The notes under the pieces were generated by a model that did not search any database, was not told where the DNA came from, and saw only the letters and a list, made by a program, of their open reading frames with translations. A stretch of 64,000 nucleotides of DNA from Octopus vulgaris. Lineage: Eukaryota. The stretch covers positions 5,766,001 through 5,830,000 of the forward strand of contig OX597843.1 of NCBI GenBank assembly GCA_951406725.2, written 5' to 3'. Position numbers and translations under genes: made by a program. Below are positions 1-12,811 of the stretch, one piece after another. Every line of letters starts with the position of its first letter. The first letter of the stretch is position 1.

Positions 1-159
1 CTAAATGGTGATTGGAGCAACAAATATCTTCGGATGTGTAATTTATCAAAAGCTTGGCCCATTCGTCATCAACAGAGCTACAAGCATAAAGTAGAATGGT
101 CAGTGATGGTCATAAGTGGACAAACATGATGGATGTTCCCATCTTTCGTTTTTAATCAT

Positions 160-570
160 GTCAAGTGAAATCGTGGTCACGACCGATGCTGGGGATCATG
201 TCATTGGAACCTGTCGGTGGCACATAAAAATCACTTTTTGAGTGTGGAGCTTCATGGAATCAAGGTGGCCAATGCCGGTGGCACGTTGGGCCTGATGGAG
301 ACCTTTGGCATTACGCCATGCTCGAGAAGGAGACCCATCAAAACAAGCAAAATCACAGACATGGCAGATACAGGTGTCACACAAATCTCACCTGTGCCTG
401 TGACACATAAAAGACCCCGTTACACTCTTGGAGTGGTTGGCGCTTAGGAAGGGCATCCAGCCAAAGAAACCATGCCAAATCAGACAGGAGTCTGGTGCAG
501 CCTTCTAGGTGGCCAGCCCTGGTCAAGTCATTCAAACCATGCCAGCACGGACATTAAATGATGATGATTA
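160..570 (+). mobile_element. RTE-clade LINE 3' end/3'UTR (family D)
   Basis: Contains gtggcacataaaaa motifs, GGAGTGGTTGGCG-TTAGGAAGGGCATCCAG and a (GAT)n tail. The same family follows an RTE ORF end at 35980..36358. Confidence 0.65.
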
Positions 571-954
571 AATTTTGACAGGCCTCTTACTTGGTACCAA
601 GGTTGTGAAGGAAAGCATCTTGGAAGGGTGAAATTCCATTCACAGCTATAAGCTGATCTCGCCAACACATCAAGGCAATGGGGCCAGAGACAATGTATCT
701 CTCTTTTAGTGCCTCATAATTTAACACACTCACTGGTAAGATTTCCACTCATTTATTTTTCTTAAATGTATCAATTGATATCGATCAATAGACCTCGACA
801 ACAAGGTAACGATCAATACAGCCATTTGATATTTTCAATACTAAAGAACAACATGTTGCATAGAGTATATGGTGCTATGCGATCCATGTAGCCATGTTCT
901 ACAAGAGTCAAATTCTACTTCAGTGTGCGATCTACAGGTTTCACTTATTTATTA

Positions 955-1290
955 TGGTGCAGGAGTGGCTGTGTGGTAAGGAGCTTGCTTACAAACCACA
1001 TGGCTCTGGGTTCAGTCCCACCAAAGCCTTGTGAGTGGATTTGGTAGATGGAAACTGAAAGAAGCCCGTCACATATATATATATATATATGTGTGTTTGT
1101 TCCCCCCAACATTGCTTGACGACTGATGCTGGTGTGTCTACTTCCCCATAACTTAGTGGTTCAGCAAAAAGAGACCGATAGAATAAGTACTAGGCTTACG
1201 AAGAATAAGCCCTGGGGTCGATTTGATCAACTAAAGGCGGTGCTCCAGCATGGCCACAGTCAAATGACTGAAACAAGTAAAAGAGTATAT
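955..1290 (+). mobile_element. tRNA-derived SINE family A, internally deleted copy
   Basis: A-box TGGCTGTGTGG, B-box GGTTCAGTCCC, (TA)n/(TG)n linker and a tail ending ACTGAAACAAGTAAAAGAG. Confidence 0.85.
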
Positions 1291-1479
1291 ATATATATAA
1301 ATAACTACTGTCTGCAGTTAAGTGCAATAAAATCTTGAGTAAATATATTTGGTTTCCGCAGTAAAACGTTTAAGAAACTTGCTTTGCTGCCACACAGCTT
1401 GGGAACTCAGTGCCACTGTGAGGCACCTTGGGCAATGAGAACCTTGTGAGTGGATTTGATAGAAGGAAATTGTGTAAGC

Positions 1480-2290
1480 TCTTACTTGTCTTAGTCATTG
1501 GACTGTGGCCATGCTGGGGCACTGCCTTGAAGAAGTCATTTTTAGTTGGATGACTCAATCCCAGTACTTATTTTATCAGTGTTTTTTATTGAACTGCTAA
1601 GTTACAGGGATATAAACACACCAACGCCGTTGTCAAGCAGTGGTGAGGGGCAAACATAGACACGCACACATATATATGTACTACAGGCTTCTTTCAGTTT
1701 CCATCTAACAAATCCACTCACAAGGCTTTCATCGGCCCAGGGCTATAGCAGAAGACACTTGCCCAAGGTGCCACGCAGTGGGGCTGAACCTGGAACCATG
1801 TGGTTGGGAAGCAAGATTCTTATTTTAGAATTTTTTTACTGCCCACAAGGGGCTACACACAGAGGGGCCAAACAAACATGTTAAGTCGATTATATCATCC
1901 CCAGTGTGTAACTGGTACTTATTTAATCGACCTTGACGGAATTTGAACTCGGAACGTAAAGACAGACGAAATGCCACGCTAACATTTCTGCCAGCTTCTT
2001 ACCACAGAGACATGCCCGCACACACGTGTGTATATGTACAAGGGGCTTCTTTCAGTTTCCGTCTACCAAATCCACCCACAAGGCTTTGGTCAGCCTGAGG
2101 CTGTGCTAGAAGATACTTGTCCAAAGTGCCACACAGTGGGATTGAACCCGGAACCATGTGGTTAGGAAGCACACTTCTTATTGCACAGCCATATATGTAT
2201 ATGACAGGCTTCTTTCAGTTTCCATTTACCAAATCCACTCCAAAGGCTATAACAGAAGACACTTGCCCAAGGTACCATGCAGCGGGAACA
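1480..2290 (-). mobile_element. Cluster of SINE A copies and fragments with a Meta-domain SINE fragment (about 1835..1995)
   Basis: Repeated ggcttctttcagtttcc.tctaccaaatccac blocks, plus ccccagtgtgtaactggtacttatttaatcgacc. Confidence 0.75.
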
Positions 2291-2689
2291 CATCAAAGAC
2301 TTCTTCCAATTTTTCTGAATATAAACCTAAGACATGCAGTTTGTAATTCTCTCCCTATTGTCTTGGAGTTTTCCTTATTTTTATTTCAGAACTCTGATCA
2401 CTCCACCAAAATGACAACCAGTGCAGGTTTATTTCTGTCCCTGTAACTTAACGGTACAGCAAAAAGAGACTAACATCTGCTACCCATGTTGTGTACACAC
2501 AACCAACATGGTCCCTATATTACAGACAGACCCTTTGTTTCAATTCATTCTGAAAATAACAAAGAATTTATTGAAATAATTTTGGCGTTAATTAATCTGG
2601 ATGCTTGTTGCTCTGGCCCCGATTTCACTCATAGGGTGCTCTTAGCGCTTCGCTGGCAACAGATGCCGAGGATTCTAATCCTATGACTT

Positions 2690-3605
2690 AGGGTGAGGCA
2701 AAAAATGAGATGGTTGGATATTACTCATAGTCCCTGTTGAACATACTTGAGAATCGAGCCAGAAAGTGTAAAGATGGCTGTTTCTGATAGGACCTTATTC
2801 AAGAGGTGCCTGAACTCTAACCCTTGTGATCCTCATGGAATAAATGGAAATATCACAGATTCTTCACGCCGAGCCAACCAGCAGGAGGTCTCTGAGTAGA
2901 CGAAGAATGAAATGGTTGGATAATATCCATTGTCTGCGTTGGTCATGTTTAGGAATCCAGCCGGACAGTGTAAGGAGGGTTGCTTCTGATAAGACCCTAT
3001 GGAAGAGGTGCCTGAGGACCCTCTGCTCACCATCAACAGCCCAAGAATAGTGGGCAGAGAAGAGATGGATGGATGGAAAGATCACAGAATCTTCAAGCCG
3101 GACCAACCGGCAGGAAGCCTAGGGGTGGACCAAGAACTAGAGGTCTGGATAATATCCATCGCCACAGCTGGTCATGCTTGGGAATCCAGCAGCAAAAGGT
3201 AATGATTGTTGTTTGTAAAGGGACCCTATGGAGGAGATGCATGAGGACTCTACCATGTACGACCAGCAGGAGCCTTAGAGATAGGCCAAAAATGAGATGG
3301 TTAGCTAGTAGCCATAGTCTCAGTCGGTCATGCTTGAGAATCTTGCAGGAAAGTCTAAAAATGGTTGTTTGTAATGGGACCCTACGGAGGGGGGGAGCAG
3401 AGGATTCTATCCCCATGACTTAGGTTTAGGCCAATAATAACGAGATGGTTGGACAAGAGCCTTAGTCTCTGTTGGTCATGCATGGGATTCCAGCCTGGAA
3501 CGTTTCATGGCATTTGCTTCTGATAGGACCTTATGGAGGAGAAGCTTGAAGGGTCTACCTCCATGATCCTCCCAGGAACAGTGGGGAGAGAAGCTGGCTG
3601 GCTGA
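2690..3605 (+). repeat. About 5 diverged tandem copies of an RTE (Expander/Rex3-like) ORF C-terminus
   Basis: Recurrent coding remnants such as RPKMRWL...WSCLGIQP..V..VASDRTLWRRCL at 160-220 bp spacing. Confidence 0.7.
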
Positions 3606-3629
3606 ATTTTGCAACAGATAGATGTCCTT

Positions 3630-3810
3630 CTTATTTCTTTATTGCCCATAAGGGACAGACAAAGGGATTAAGTCGATTACATGGACCCCAGTGCGTAACT
3701 GGTACGTAATTTATCAACCCCGAAAGGATGAAAGGCAAAGTTGACCTCAGACGAAATACCGCTAAGCATTTCACCTGGCGTGCTAACATTTCTGCCAGCT
3801 CGCCGCCTTC
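3630..3810 (-). mobile_element. tRNA-derived SINE family B with Meta-type central domain
   Basis: Minus strand: GGCGGCGAGCTGGCAGAA...GCCTTTCATCCTTTCGGGGTTGATAAATTACGTACCAG, ending in an A-rich tail. Further copies lie near 15400, 16650, 17430, 18420, 33470, 36375, 39170 and 46905. Confidence 0.75.
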
Positions 3811-3929
3811 TAGTTGCCAACCCTCCCCCATTTCAAAGCCAGGTGCCATTTCTCATGGCCAGACATGCTTCTGAGGAAATATTACAAAACTCATAGCATT
3901 GCTTGTGTGATGGGATGATTGCATGTTGT

Positions 3930-4352
3930 GCCCACAGTTGAACCAATTCTACTATATGGCTCAGAAACCTGGACGTTATCAAATAAGTTGAGAGGCGGTT
4001 GTGTGGAACCTATACTCGCCTCCTTACGAGAGCTCAAAATCTCTCGTGGAAGCCTCATCCAACCAAAATGCAAATATATGGGAAACTACCACCTGTGTCA
4101 TCTCTTGTGAAAGGTAGGAGAGTCCAGTTTGCTGGACATTGTTGTAGAGCTGAAAAAGAGGTAATCTCTACTCTTCTCCTCTGGAAGCCATCTACTCGCA
4201 ATACCAGAGGGCGCACACTCTCCTACCCTGATGTAATCTCCAGGGATACAGGCATCCAGCAACAGGACCTCCGTGATGCTATGATGGACCGTAAAGTCTG
4301 GCGTAGCATGGTAAATTCCATTGTCTCGACCACGGTCGAACAATGATGTTGT
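3930..4352 (+). mobile_element. 5'-truncated RTE-clade LINE, RT thumb/C-terminal region with one frameshift
   Basis: Translates as VEPILLYGSETWTLS / GTYTRLLTRAQNLSWK...GRRVQFAGHCCRA...LLLWKP...DAMMDRKVWRSMV, followed by a tgatg tail. LYGxExW, F(A)GH and DRxxWR are RTE hallmarks. Confidence 0.85.
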
Positions 4353-4904
4353 GCCCAACAATGTCAAAACAAGGAGACACACATATGTAAAGAAGAAAGA
4401 AATATTCTGTGCACATATTACATTATGCCATTTGACACAATGGTTACTTGAGCTACATATATTCAGGGTGGCCCAAAAGTCACGAAGGGGTCACTAAGTC
4501 ATTTATGTTTTATTTTAAATTTACAATACCTTTGCACCATATACAGTATGTGTACCAGATTTTAATGTGTATAAGGAACCCTCTTTTACTTGTTTCACTC
4601 ATTTGACAGTGGCCATGCTGGAGCACCACCTTTAGTCGAGCAAATCGACCCCAGGACTTATTCTATTGGGTCTCTTTTGCCAAACCACTAAATTTCAGGG
4701 AAGTAAACATACCAGCATCGGTTGTCAAGCAATGTTGGGGGAACAAACACATATAAATGTATATTTACCAAGAAAGTTAGGGGTTGTGGGTCTTGTATGT
4801 TATTACGGTTGTCATTTTGATAAACAAATAAGTCAACATTTTAATGTCCTAAAGTTGATGAACCAACTAATGTGTTTCTCCAGTTTCTTATTTGCTATAT
4901 ATAT

Positions 4905-5450
4905 ATACAACGGGCTTCTTACAGTTTCCGTCTACCAAATCCACTCACAAGACTTTGGTCGGCCCGACTTATTCTTTGTAAGCCTAGTACTTATTCTATC
5001 AGTCTCTTTTGCTGAACCGCTAAGTAACAGGGACGTAAACACACCAACATCGGTTGTCAAGCGATGTTGGGGGGACAAACACAGACACACATATATATAC
5101 ATATACATATATACGACGGGCTTCTTTCAGTTTCTGTCTACCAAATCCACTCACAAGGCTTTGGTCGGCCCGAGGCTATAGTAGAAGACACTTGCCCAAG
5201 ATGCCACGCAGTGGGACTGAACCCGGATCCATGTGGTTGGTTAGCAAGCTACTTACCACACAGCCACTCCTGCGCCTATATATATACGACGGGCTTCTTA
5301 CAGTTTCCATCTACCAAATCCACTCACAAGGCTTTGGTCGGCCCGAGGCTATAGTAGAAGACACTTGGCCAAGATGCCACACAGTGGGACAAAACCTGGA
5401 ACCATGTGGTTGGTAAGCAAGCTACTTACCACACAGCCACTCCTGCGCTA
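4905..5450 (-). mobile_element. SINE A with duplicated tRNA head
   Basis: Two head units (about 5112..5280 and 5285..5450) precede one body. Confidence 0.85.
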
Positions 5451-5515
5451 AATAATGAAAAGGTTTAAGAACTTTAAATTTCTGAAAACCCGAATGAAAC
5501 GGTAAATGTACTTAC

Positions 5516-5609
5516 AGTGAGAGTTTCCCGTTTGCGTCCGCTCGTTACAAATGTAAATCCCTGAGTTTCAATAGCAACTCCAGTTCGTTGGATATGTTCC
5601 TCGACATAC
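5516..5609 (-). CDS. Next exon (phase 2 to phase 0) of the same dynamin-like GTPase; G2/switch I region
   Basis: The minus strand reads ttctctcacctgtccacAG|GTATGTC...CTCACT|GTAAGT, 94 nt. The only open frame is YVEEHIQRTGVAIETQGFTFVTSGRKRETLT. It joins exon 57805..57919 in phase (TG+G = Trp), giving GKSSFINWYVEEHIQRTGVAIETQGFTFV, which parallels EHD GKTTFIxYL...GPEPTTDxF. Confidence 0.9.
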
Positions 5610-5842
5610 CTGTGGACAGGTGAGAGAAGAAGGACAATTAAACAACCAGAATACTGAGAGGAGGTACATTTATTTCTTATACTGAAAAACTGTAATTAAG
5701 TACTGGGGTCGATGTAATCGTTAGCTAAGAAACGAAGTCAGCAACGGAGGGGGATACTCTGAGAGCACGGCTGCGAGACTAAGAATAGATTTTTACAACA
5801 GGAAAAATTTCTGGCTTTGAGCCTATTTTAGGAACTGTATTA

Positions 5843-5998
5843 TTAACCCTTTTGTGACCAACCTGGCTGAAACCACCTCTGGTTTTGTTGTACAAATGTT
5901 TTGTTTTCGTAAGTTTTGAATTAAAATCTTCCACCAAACCTTAGTCACAATTTATGTTCCTAACACTAGGCTGAATGATGACGAAGTTATTTTACTAA
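5843..5998 (-). mobile_element. Partial piggyBac-like MITE, same family as the 53941..55171 array
   Basis: TTAA+CCCTTT terminus and a reverse-complement match to the array unit. Confidence 0.7.
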
Positions 5999-5999
5999 A

Positions 6000-6355
6000 T
6001 GCATCAAGGACTACATTATCTAATGTGCCCTTCCTTGTTGTTGTTTAGCCCCAGGTCAGTCCTGATCCAGCAGACCTATGACCAAAGACGTTCCAGCTGT
6101 GACCATCCTGTCTTTTATTCAGACACAGTGCATCAAAAACTTCATTATCTAATATGCCCTTCCTTGAGGCTGTTGTTTAGCCCCAGGCCAGGTCCATTCC
6201 AACAGTGACCATCCTGCCTTATTTAGAAACAGTGTGCCTAGGTCTACATTATCTAATGTGACTTTCCCTTCCCTTTTTTTTTGTTAAGACTACTGTAGGC
6301 TGTGATTTGAAGGAGGGAGATTTGGCTGCTATTTCAACCAGAGCTGTGTAGAGGC
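6000..6355 (-). repeat. Family C element pieces with about 2 tandem tail modules
   Basis: gttgtttagccccaggtcag...ctacattatctaatgtg is repeated and followed by gagatttggctgctattt. Confidence 0.65.
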
Positions 6356-7029
6356 CTTCTCGTATGGGTTTGGGTCAGCTCAGTCCTATGCAGGCTTGGT
6401 CATGGCTGCTCCGAGAGACCATTGACCGAAATATATTCATCAAACTATAGTGGAAGGAGAGACGCTTATTCAGGTAGAGTTGGTATGATAGAACTAGGAT
6501 GGACAGGTATGTTCACATATTTCCAGTCTGTCTGTCTGTGTGACTGCACCCATAGCAGCGGCAGCAGCAGGTGTCCACATTCCAAAGTCTGTCAACCTGT
6601 TTCTGTTGGCTTTTTTGTGGCATTTTACCAAATAACTTCCATTGGTAGACATCTGCTAACACACACACACACACACATAGGAGGGGAAAAAGAGATAACA
6701 TGTAGATAGGGAGTGGCTGTGTGGTAGGAAGCTTCGTTCCCAGGCACAGTTTCAGGTTCAGTCCCACCGCGTGGCATCTTGGGCAGGTGTCTCATACCAT
6801 AACCTCACACTGACCAAAGCCTTGTGAGTGGATTTCATAGACAGAAACTGAAAGAAGCCCATCGTATATATAGTAAAGTGTCTTGCTCAAGAACACAACA
6901 CACAGCCTGGTCTGGGAATCGAAATCACTACCTCACGATTGTGAGCCCGGTGCTCTAACCACTGGGCCATGCGACTTCAGATAGACAGGAAGAGATAGAT
7001 ATATTTCTTTATCAGACACACAGGGGACA

Positions 7030-7502
7030 AATTACAAAGTATAGCTTTTCTTTTTGGGGAGAAAAAAATAAAAAGGGGGTAGGTTTTCGATCAAAAGGGA
7101 TCATAAAAAGAGAGAGAAAAAAACGATAAATAGGGATCGCGTATCACAGAAATGTAATGATGTAAAGGGGGAAGCAGATAAGGTTTATCCATGGAAAGAA
7201 AAGCCTACGGAAAAGACCATGGTAACCTCGGTCAATAATGTCACATGTTAGCACATTTATTTGCAAGTAACCCTCAGTTTTAAATTTTTCCGGGTTCATA
7301 GGAACATACTCAAGGTGGCTTCGTCATTCATACGTGCCATCCTTGCTGCATTCACCCATCTTTTTTATTAAAACATTTGCTAGACACAAAACTTGCCTCT
7401 CTACTCTCACTTTCCTTTTCAAGTGATACTCGAAGAAGTTGGTGAGAGATTGACCAGAGAGGAAAGTGTTTGTCTCCAATCCTTTCAGACGCGTCCACCA
7501 GA
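7030..7502 (-). mobile_element. L1/Tx1-like LINE 3' end (ORF2 C-terminus and 3'UTR)
   Basis: Minus-strand remnant WWTRLKGLETNTFLSGQSLTNFFEYHLKRKVRVERQVL...RWVNAARM resembles Tx1/L1 C-termini. It is followed by a pyrimidine-rich UTR. Confidence 0.5.
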
Positions 7503-7804
7503 AAGATAGATAGACAGATGGCTGGATGAATAGGGAAAGAGATGATGGTGGTGGTGGTATTTGAAATCTATGTGGTTGATGATGGGAACATCTAAAATGA
7601 ATTCTTTGGAGGAAGTCAGGTCTGCGTTAAAAGATGAGACTTTCCCATGGCCATCACCGGCTGAGATCTCTTTATGCATATTCATGGTTTTTTTCGTTTC
7701 TTTTCTCAGAACTGAGATGACAAGAAATTGGGAGTTTCTCATGCAACGATAAATATCCACCCCACCTTCCTGTACAACAGGTTTGTGTTTTGCTTCACTG
7801 ACCC

Positions 7805-8505
7805 CTTTTACTCGTTTCAGTCATTCGACTGTGGCCATGCTGGAGCACCACCTTTAGTCGAGCAAACTGACCCCAGCACTTATTCTTTTGGTCTTTTTTG
7901 CCGAACCGCTAAGTTACGGGGACGTAAACACACCAGCATCAGTTGTCAAACGATGTTGGGGGGACAAACACACATATATGTGTATATATATACGACAGGC
8001 TTCTTTCAGTTTCCGTCTACCAAATCCACTCACATGGCTTTGATCGACCCGAGGCTTTAGTAGAAGACACGTACCCAAGGTGCCACGCAGTGGGACTGAA
8101 CCCGGAACCATGTGCTTGGTAAGCAAGCTACTTACCACACAACCACCCCTGGGCCTATACACATATACGACGGGCTTCTTTCAGTTTCCGTCTACCAAAT
8201 CCACTCGCAAGGCTCTGGTCGGCCTGAGGCTATAGCAGAAGACATGTACCCAAAGTGCCACGCTGTGGGACTGAACCCGGAACCATGTGGTTGGTAAGCA
8301 AGCTACTTACCACACAACCACCCCTGGGCCTATACACATATACGACGGGCTTCTTTCAGTTTCCGTCTACCAAATCCACTCGCAAGGCTCTGGTCGGCCT
8401 GAGGCTATAGCAGGAGACATGTACCCAAAGTGCCACGCTGTGGGACTGAACCCGGAACCATGTGGTTGGTAACGAGCTACTTACCACACAGCCACTCCTG
8501 CGCCT
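7805..8505 (-). mobile_element. SINE A with three tandem 175-bp heads
   Basis: Heads at about 7992, 8167 and 8342 are near-identical, and a single tail lies at 7805..7970. Confidence 0.88.
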
Positions 8506-11317
8506 ATGTTTTTAATTAACCATGCATTATCTCATAGCTTTGAAATTTCAACGATGTGATTGTTTAGTTTTAGAAAGACATTGTAGGGTAGGTGTGAGAG
8601 GCTGGATCTGGCCAGTTTGAACATAAAACAGGCAGAATATAGGGGCAATTTAAATGCCGAAAAGATATATATGTATATACCAATGAGGCAGACCTATGCT
8701 TGGTGGTTAGTCCCGTTAGAAATAGCAGCCAAATCTCCCTCAAACCACACCCTGTGTCTTATCTATCTTTAGCATTCAGATTATTCTGTCAAGTGTAATA
8801 TCAAGTCTTCCTGTGCCTAAAACCCACCGCAATTCTGGGTCAGTTGTCGTCGTCATCATCATCATTTAACGTCCATTTTTTCCGTTCCTGCATGGGTCAG
8901 ACGGAATTTATCGAGGCAGTGTGAATGATAGAATGTGAGGGAGAATGTAAATGTGTGTGTATGAATGAATGAAAGAACGTGTGTATGTGTGTGTGTGTGT
9001 CGCGAGTAAAGAAAGAAAAAGAAGAAAAAAAAACAATCAACGAACGGCCGTGTGTACGTGTATGGGAGAACGAAAGCGTAAGAAAGCGCGAATGTGTGCG
9101 TGAGAGCGAGCACGTACGAGTCAGTGCCAAAAATGTGTACGTAAATATCTATATGTAAGAGTGTGTGAGTGTGTGTGTGTGTATAGTAGGGTTGACATTG
9201 AAGACTGCTAAACAATGAGGAAGACACGAAAATTAGAATGAATACATTAACACAACACATAACATTACATTACACACGCTTCGACAGAGTGAATACATTA
9301 AGAGAGTCGGGTCCGTCTCGTCTTCCATAATATATTTAAAAGCACTCACTCCTTGACTATCTATCTATCCCTCTCTCTCCCTATATATATGTCTATCTAT
9401 CTCTCTCCCTATCAATCTGTCTTCCATAAATAAATACAGCCAATTTCATTCATTCTCTCCCCAAAAATAAATACGACAGTCACTCAATCTTTTGTCTTTC
9501 TTTCTGCAAAATAAATACATTATGGCACCCAGCCCCTCTCTCTCTCTCTCTCCCCTTATTCCTCTTCATAGAATCGATTCGTTAATACCTCCTCGTTTCA
9601 GAAGCAACATAAGACTCTCTCTAAGCACCGTCTGTCTGTCTGTCAGTCTATCTATATCCATATCCATATAAATCTGTCTATCCATTCATCAATCTATCGA
9701 CGAAATGAATAAAATATTAAAACTACTTCTCTCTCTACACAAGAAATATAGGACACAAACACAGGCTTTCTCTCCTCTCCATCTTCCGACAAAATGAATA
9801 TATTAAGATTGTACTCCCTCTATCTCTCTACTCAATGAATTTGGGACACGTTCTCTCTCTCAAACATTCTATCTATCTTATAGTCGAATACATCAAGACT
9901 CCACCACTTCTCTCTCATATGTGTGTGTGTGTCCATCTACCTCTCTCTCTACTCAGTCTATTTAATGAATTTGGGACACACACTCTCTTTCTGTATCATT
10001 CTATCTACCTTCCCAATAGAACGAATACACACCGACACACACACACACTCTCTCTCTACAGAATGAATACACACATGCTCTATCTATCTATCTACAAATT
10101 GAATATATTATAACTACCTCTTCCTTCTCAATCTATCGGTCTATCTATCTCTACTCATCAATTCCGGACGCCTTTTCCTTTCATCCACCTACCCACCTGC
10201 AGACTAAATATACAAATACTACACCTATCTATCTATATATATATATCTATATACACGTCTCTCTCTCTCCTCATGAATATAATAGTCTTTCTCTTCATCC
10301 CTCCATCTACCTACCTACCAAATGAATATATAAAGACTATCTTTCTCTCGTTCTCTCTCCAGAACACATATATTAAGACACACACTCTCTCTCACTTCCC
10401 CTCCACAATAACCACATTATTAAGACACACACTCTCTCTCTCTTTCTTCCCCTCGCCCCCCCCCCCTCCACAATAACCACATTATTAAGACACACTGTCC
10501 TTTTCTATAAAATGAACACATTAACACACACACTCGTCATCCCCCCATCGCTCTCCTCTCCACAGAAGAATCTGCAGGAAGAAGACTGAGCAATGTCTGT
10601 CTGTATGTCACTGAATGTGTGTGTATGGCTGCCTTTGCCTAATGTATTGGTGCCTCTGGTCTGAATTTGTGTGCATCTATTCATGTCTATGCGTGTGTCT
10701 GTTCACGTCTCCTCTTCATGTGTGTCTGTATGCATGTGTTCATATACGTGTGGGTACTTGTCTTCTGCTTGTGTTGTGTTGGTGAGCATATATCTGTCTT
10801 CATGCGTGCACTGTACTGTTATTTCGCTTCAGGTATGCGAAGATCCAATAGACCTAGGATCAAACACAGCCCAACCATGACCATCCCATCTTTTATTCAT
10901 ATTATACAGTAGCCAAGGTCAATCATCACTTTCTGCTGCCTCTCTCCACGCTTGCATGGTTTCGATTCTAGGCAATCCTACATTCTTTAATAAAGGCAGT
11001 AAGGTGTGTGACGCGAAAATTTGGCTGTTATTTCTAGATCTTATGATCACATAAAGGCTCTCAGTCAATTTCTTTATTAAACATGAGGTTGAGAAAAAGA
11101 GGGGACAATATGAGGACAGACAAAACACATTGGGGTCAGGGTATCGAAATGGCTGTTGAATGATAGACACACAAAAATGCATAATGGATATATACACACA
11201 TACAGTATGTATATGTGAAGCTGTTTTTATATATATATATACACACACACCTGTATACAGCCATACACAATCATATATAGTGAAAAAGAATTTACAGCAT
11301 GAAGTCATAAATAATAT

Positions 11318-12300
11318 ACTCTTTTACTTGTTTCAGTCATTTGACTGGTCATGCTGGAGCACCGCCTTTAGTCGAGCAAATCGACCCCAGGACTTATTCT
11401 TTGTAAGCCTAATACTTATTCTATTGGGGTCTTTTGCTGAACCACTAAGTTACGGGGATGTAAACACACCAGCATCGGTTGTCAAGCGATATTGGGGGAA
11501 CAAACACAGACACACAAACTTATACTCACACATACATATCATCATCGTTTAACGTCCGTTCTCCATGCTAGCATGGGTTGGACGGTTTGACCGGGGATCT
11601 GGGAAGCCAGAAGGCTGCACCAGGCTCCAGTCTTATTTGGCAATGTTTCTACAGCTGGATGCCCTTCCTAACGCCAACCACTCCGTGAGTGTAGTGGGTG
11701 CTTTTTACGTGCCACCTGCACAGGTGCCAGGCGAGGCTGGCAACGGCCACGGTCGGATTAGTGCATTTTATGTGCCACCGGCACGGAAGCCAGTCGAGGT
11801 GGCGCTGGCATCGGCCACGAGTCGGATAGTGCTTTTTACGTACCACCAGACCAGGGATCCTGGCTGGTTCAATTCGATTTCGATTTCGCTTGCCCCAACA
11901 TGTCTTCACAAGCAAAGGGAGTTGGCATGGGTGCCTGTCGTACGGTCGGATTGGAGTATTTTACATGCAACCGGCATGGAAGCCAGTTGAGGCGGCGCTG
12001 GCATCGGCCACGAGTCGGATAGTGCTTTTTACGTACCACCAGACCAGGAATCCTGGCTTGTTTAATTCGGTTTCGATTTCGATTTCGCTTGCCCCAAGCG
12101 AAATATATACACATATATATATACACATATATACGACAGGCTTCTTTCAGTTTCCGTCTACCAAATCCACTCACAAGGTATTGGTCGGCCCGGGGCTATA
12201 GCAGAAGACACTTGCCCAAGGTGCCACGCAATGGGACTGAACCCGGAACCATGTGGTTGGTAAGCAAGCTACTTACCACACAGCCACTCCTGCACCTATA
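11318..12300 (-). mobile_element. SINE A interrupted in its microsatellite linker by an RTE 3'UTR copy (about 11540..12095)
   Basis: Tail 11318..11520, insert ending in (CAT)n with an internal duplication, head 12130..12300. Confidence 0.8.
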
Positions 12301-12811
12301 CATATATATATATATATTAAACATACATTCAACACACACACATGCACAGAATATTTATGTTTATATAAAATTAACAGAAATAAGCAAGCAAACACACATA
12401 CGCATTGGTGTTATTGTTTAGCCCTGGGTTGGCCCTGCCGAAGCAAACCTATTGCCAAAGGTATCCCACCCATGACTCTCAAGTCTCAATTGTATACATA
12501 AAACAACATATATATGTCCTTTCCGGGCAGATGACACAAAGTGATCCTAAAGAATTTAGCTATTATTTCTAGTAGGTAAAATGACCAGCAAATGGTTCCC
12601 TCATTGGTTCGATTATATATACATTGTGTGGGTGGGTGTATATAGTATGTGAGTGAGAAAACGGAAGCATATAAAATTATATATATATACATACATTACG
12701 TGGGTGGGTGTATAAATTTGTTATATGAGATACGATATAGATTATAAAATACAAACACACACATATATATATAGGTAGAAAGGAAAAGAAATTAGACATA
12801 AAGGTATACAT

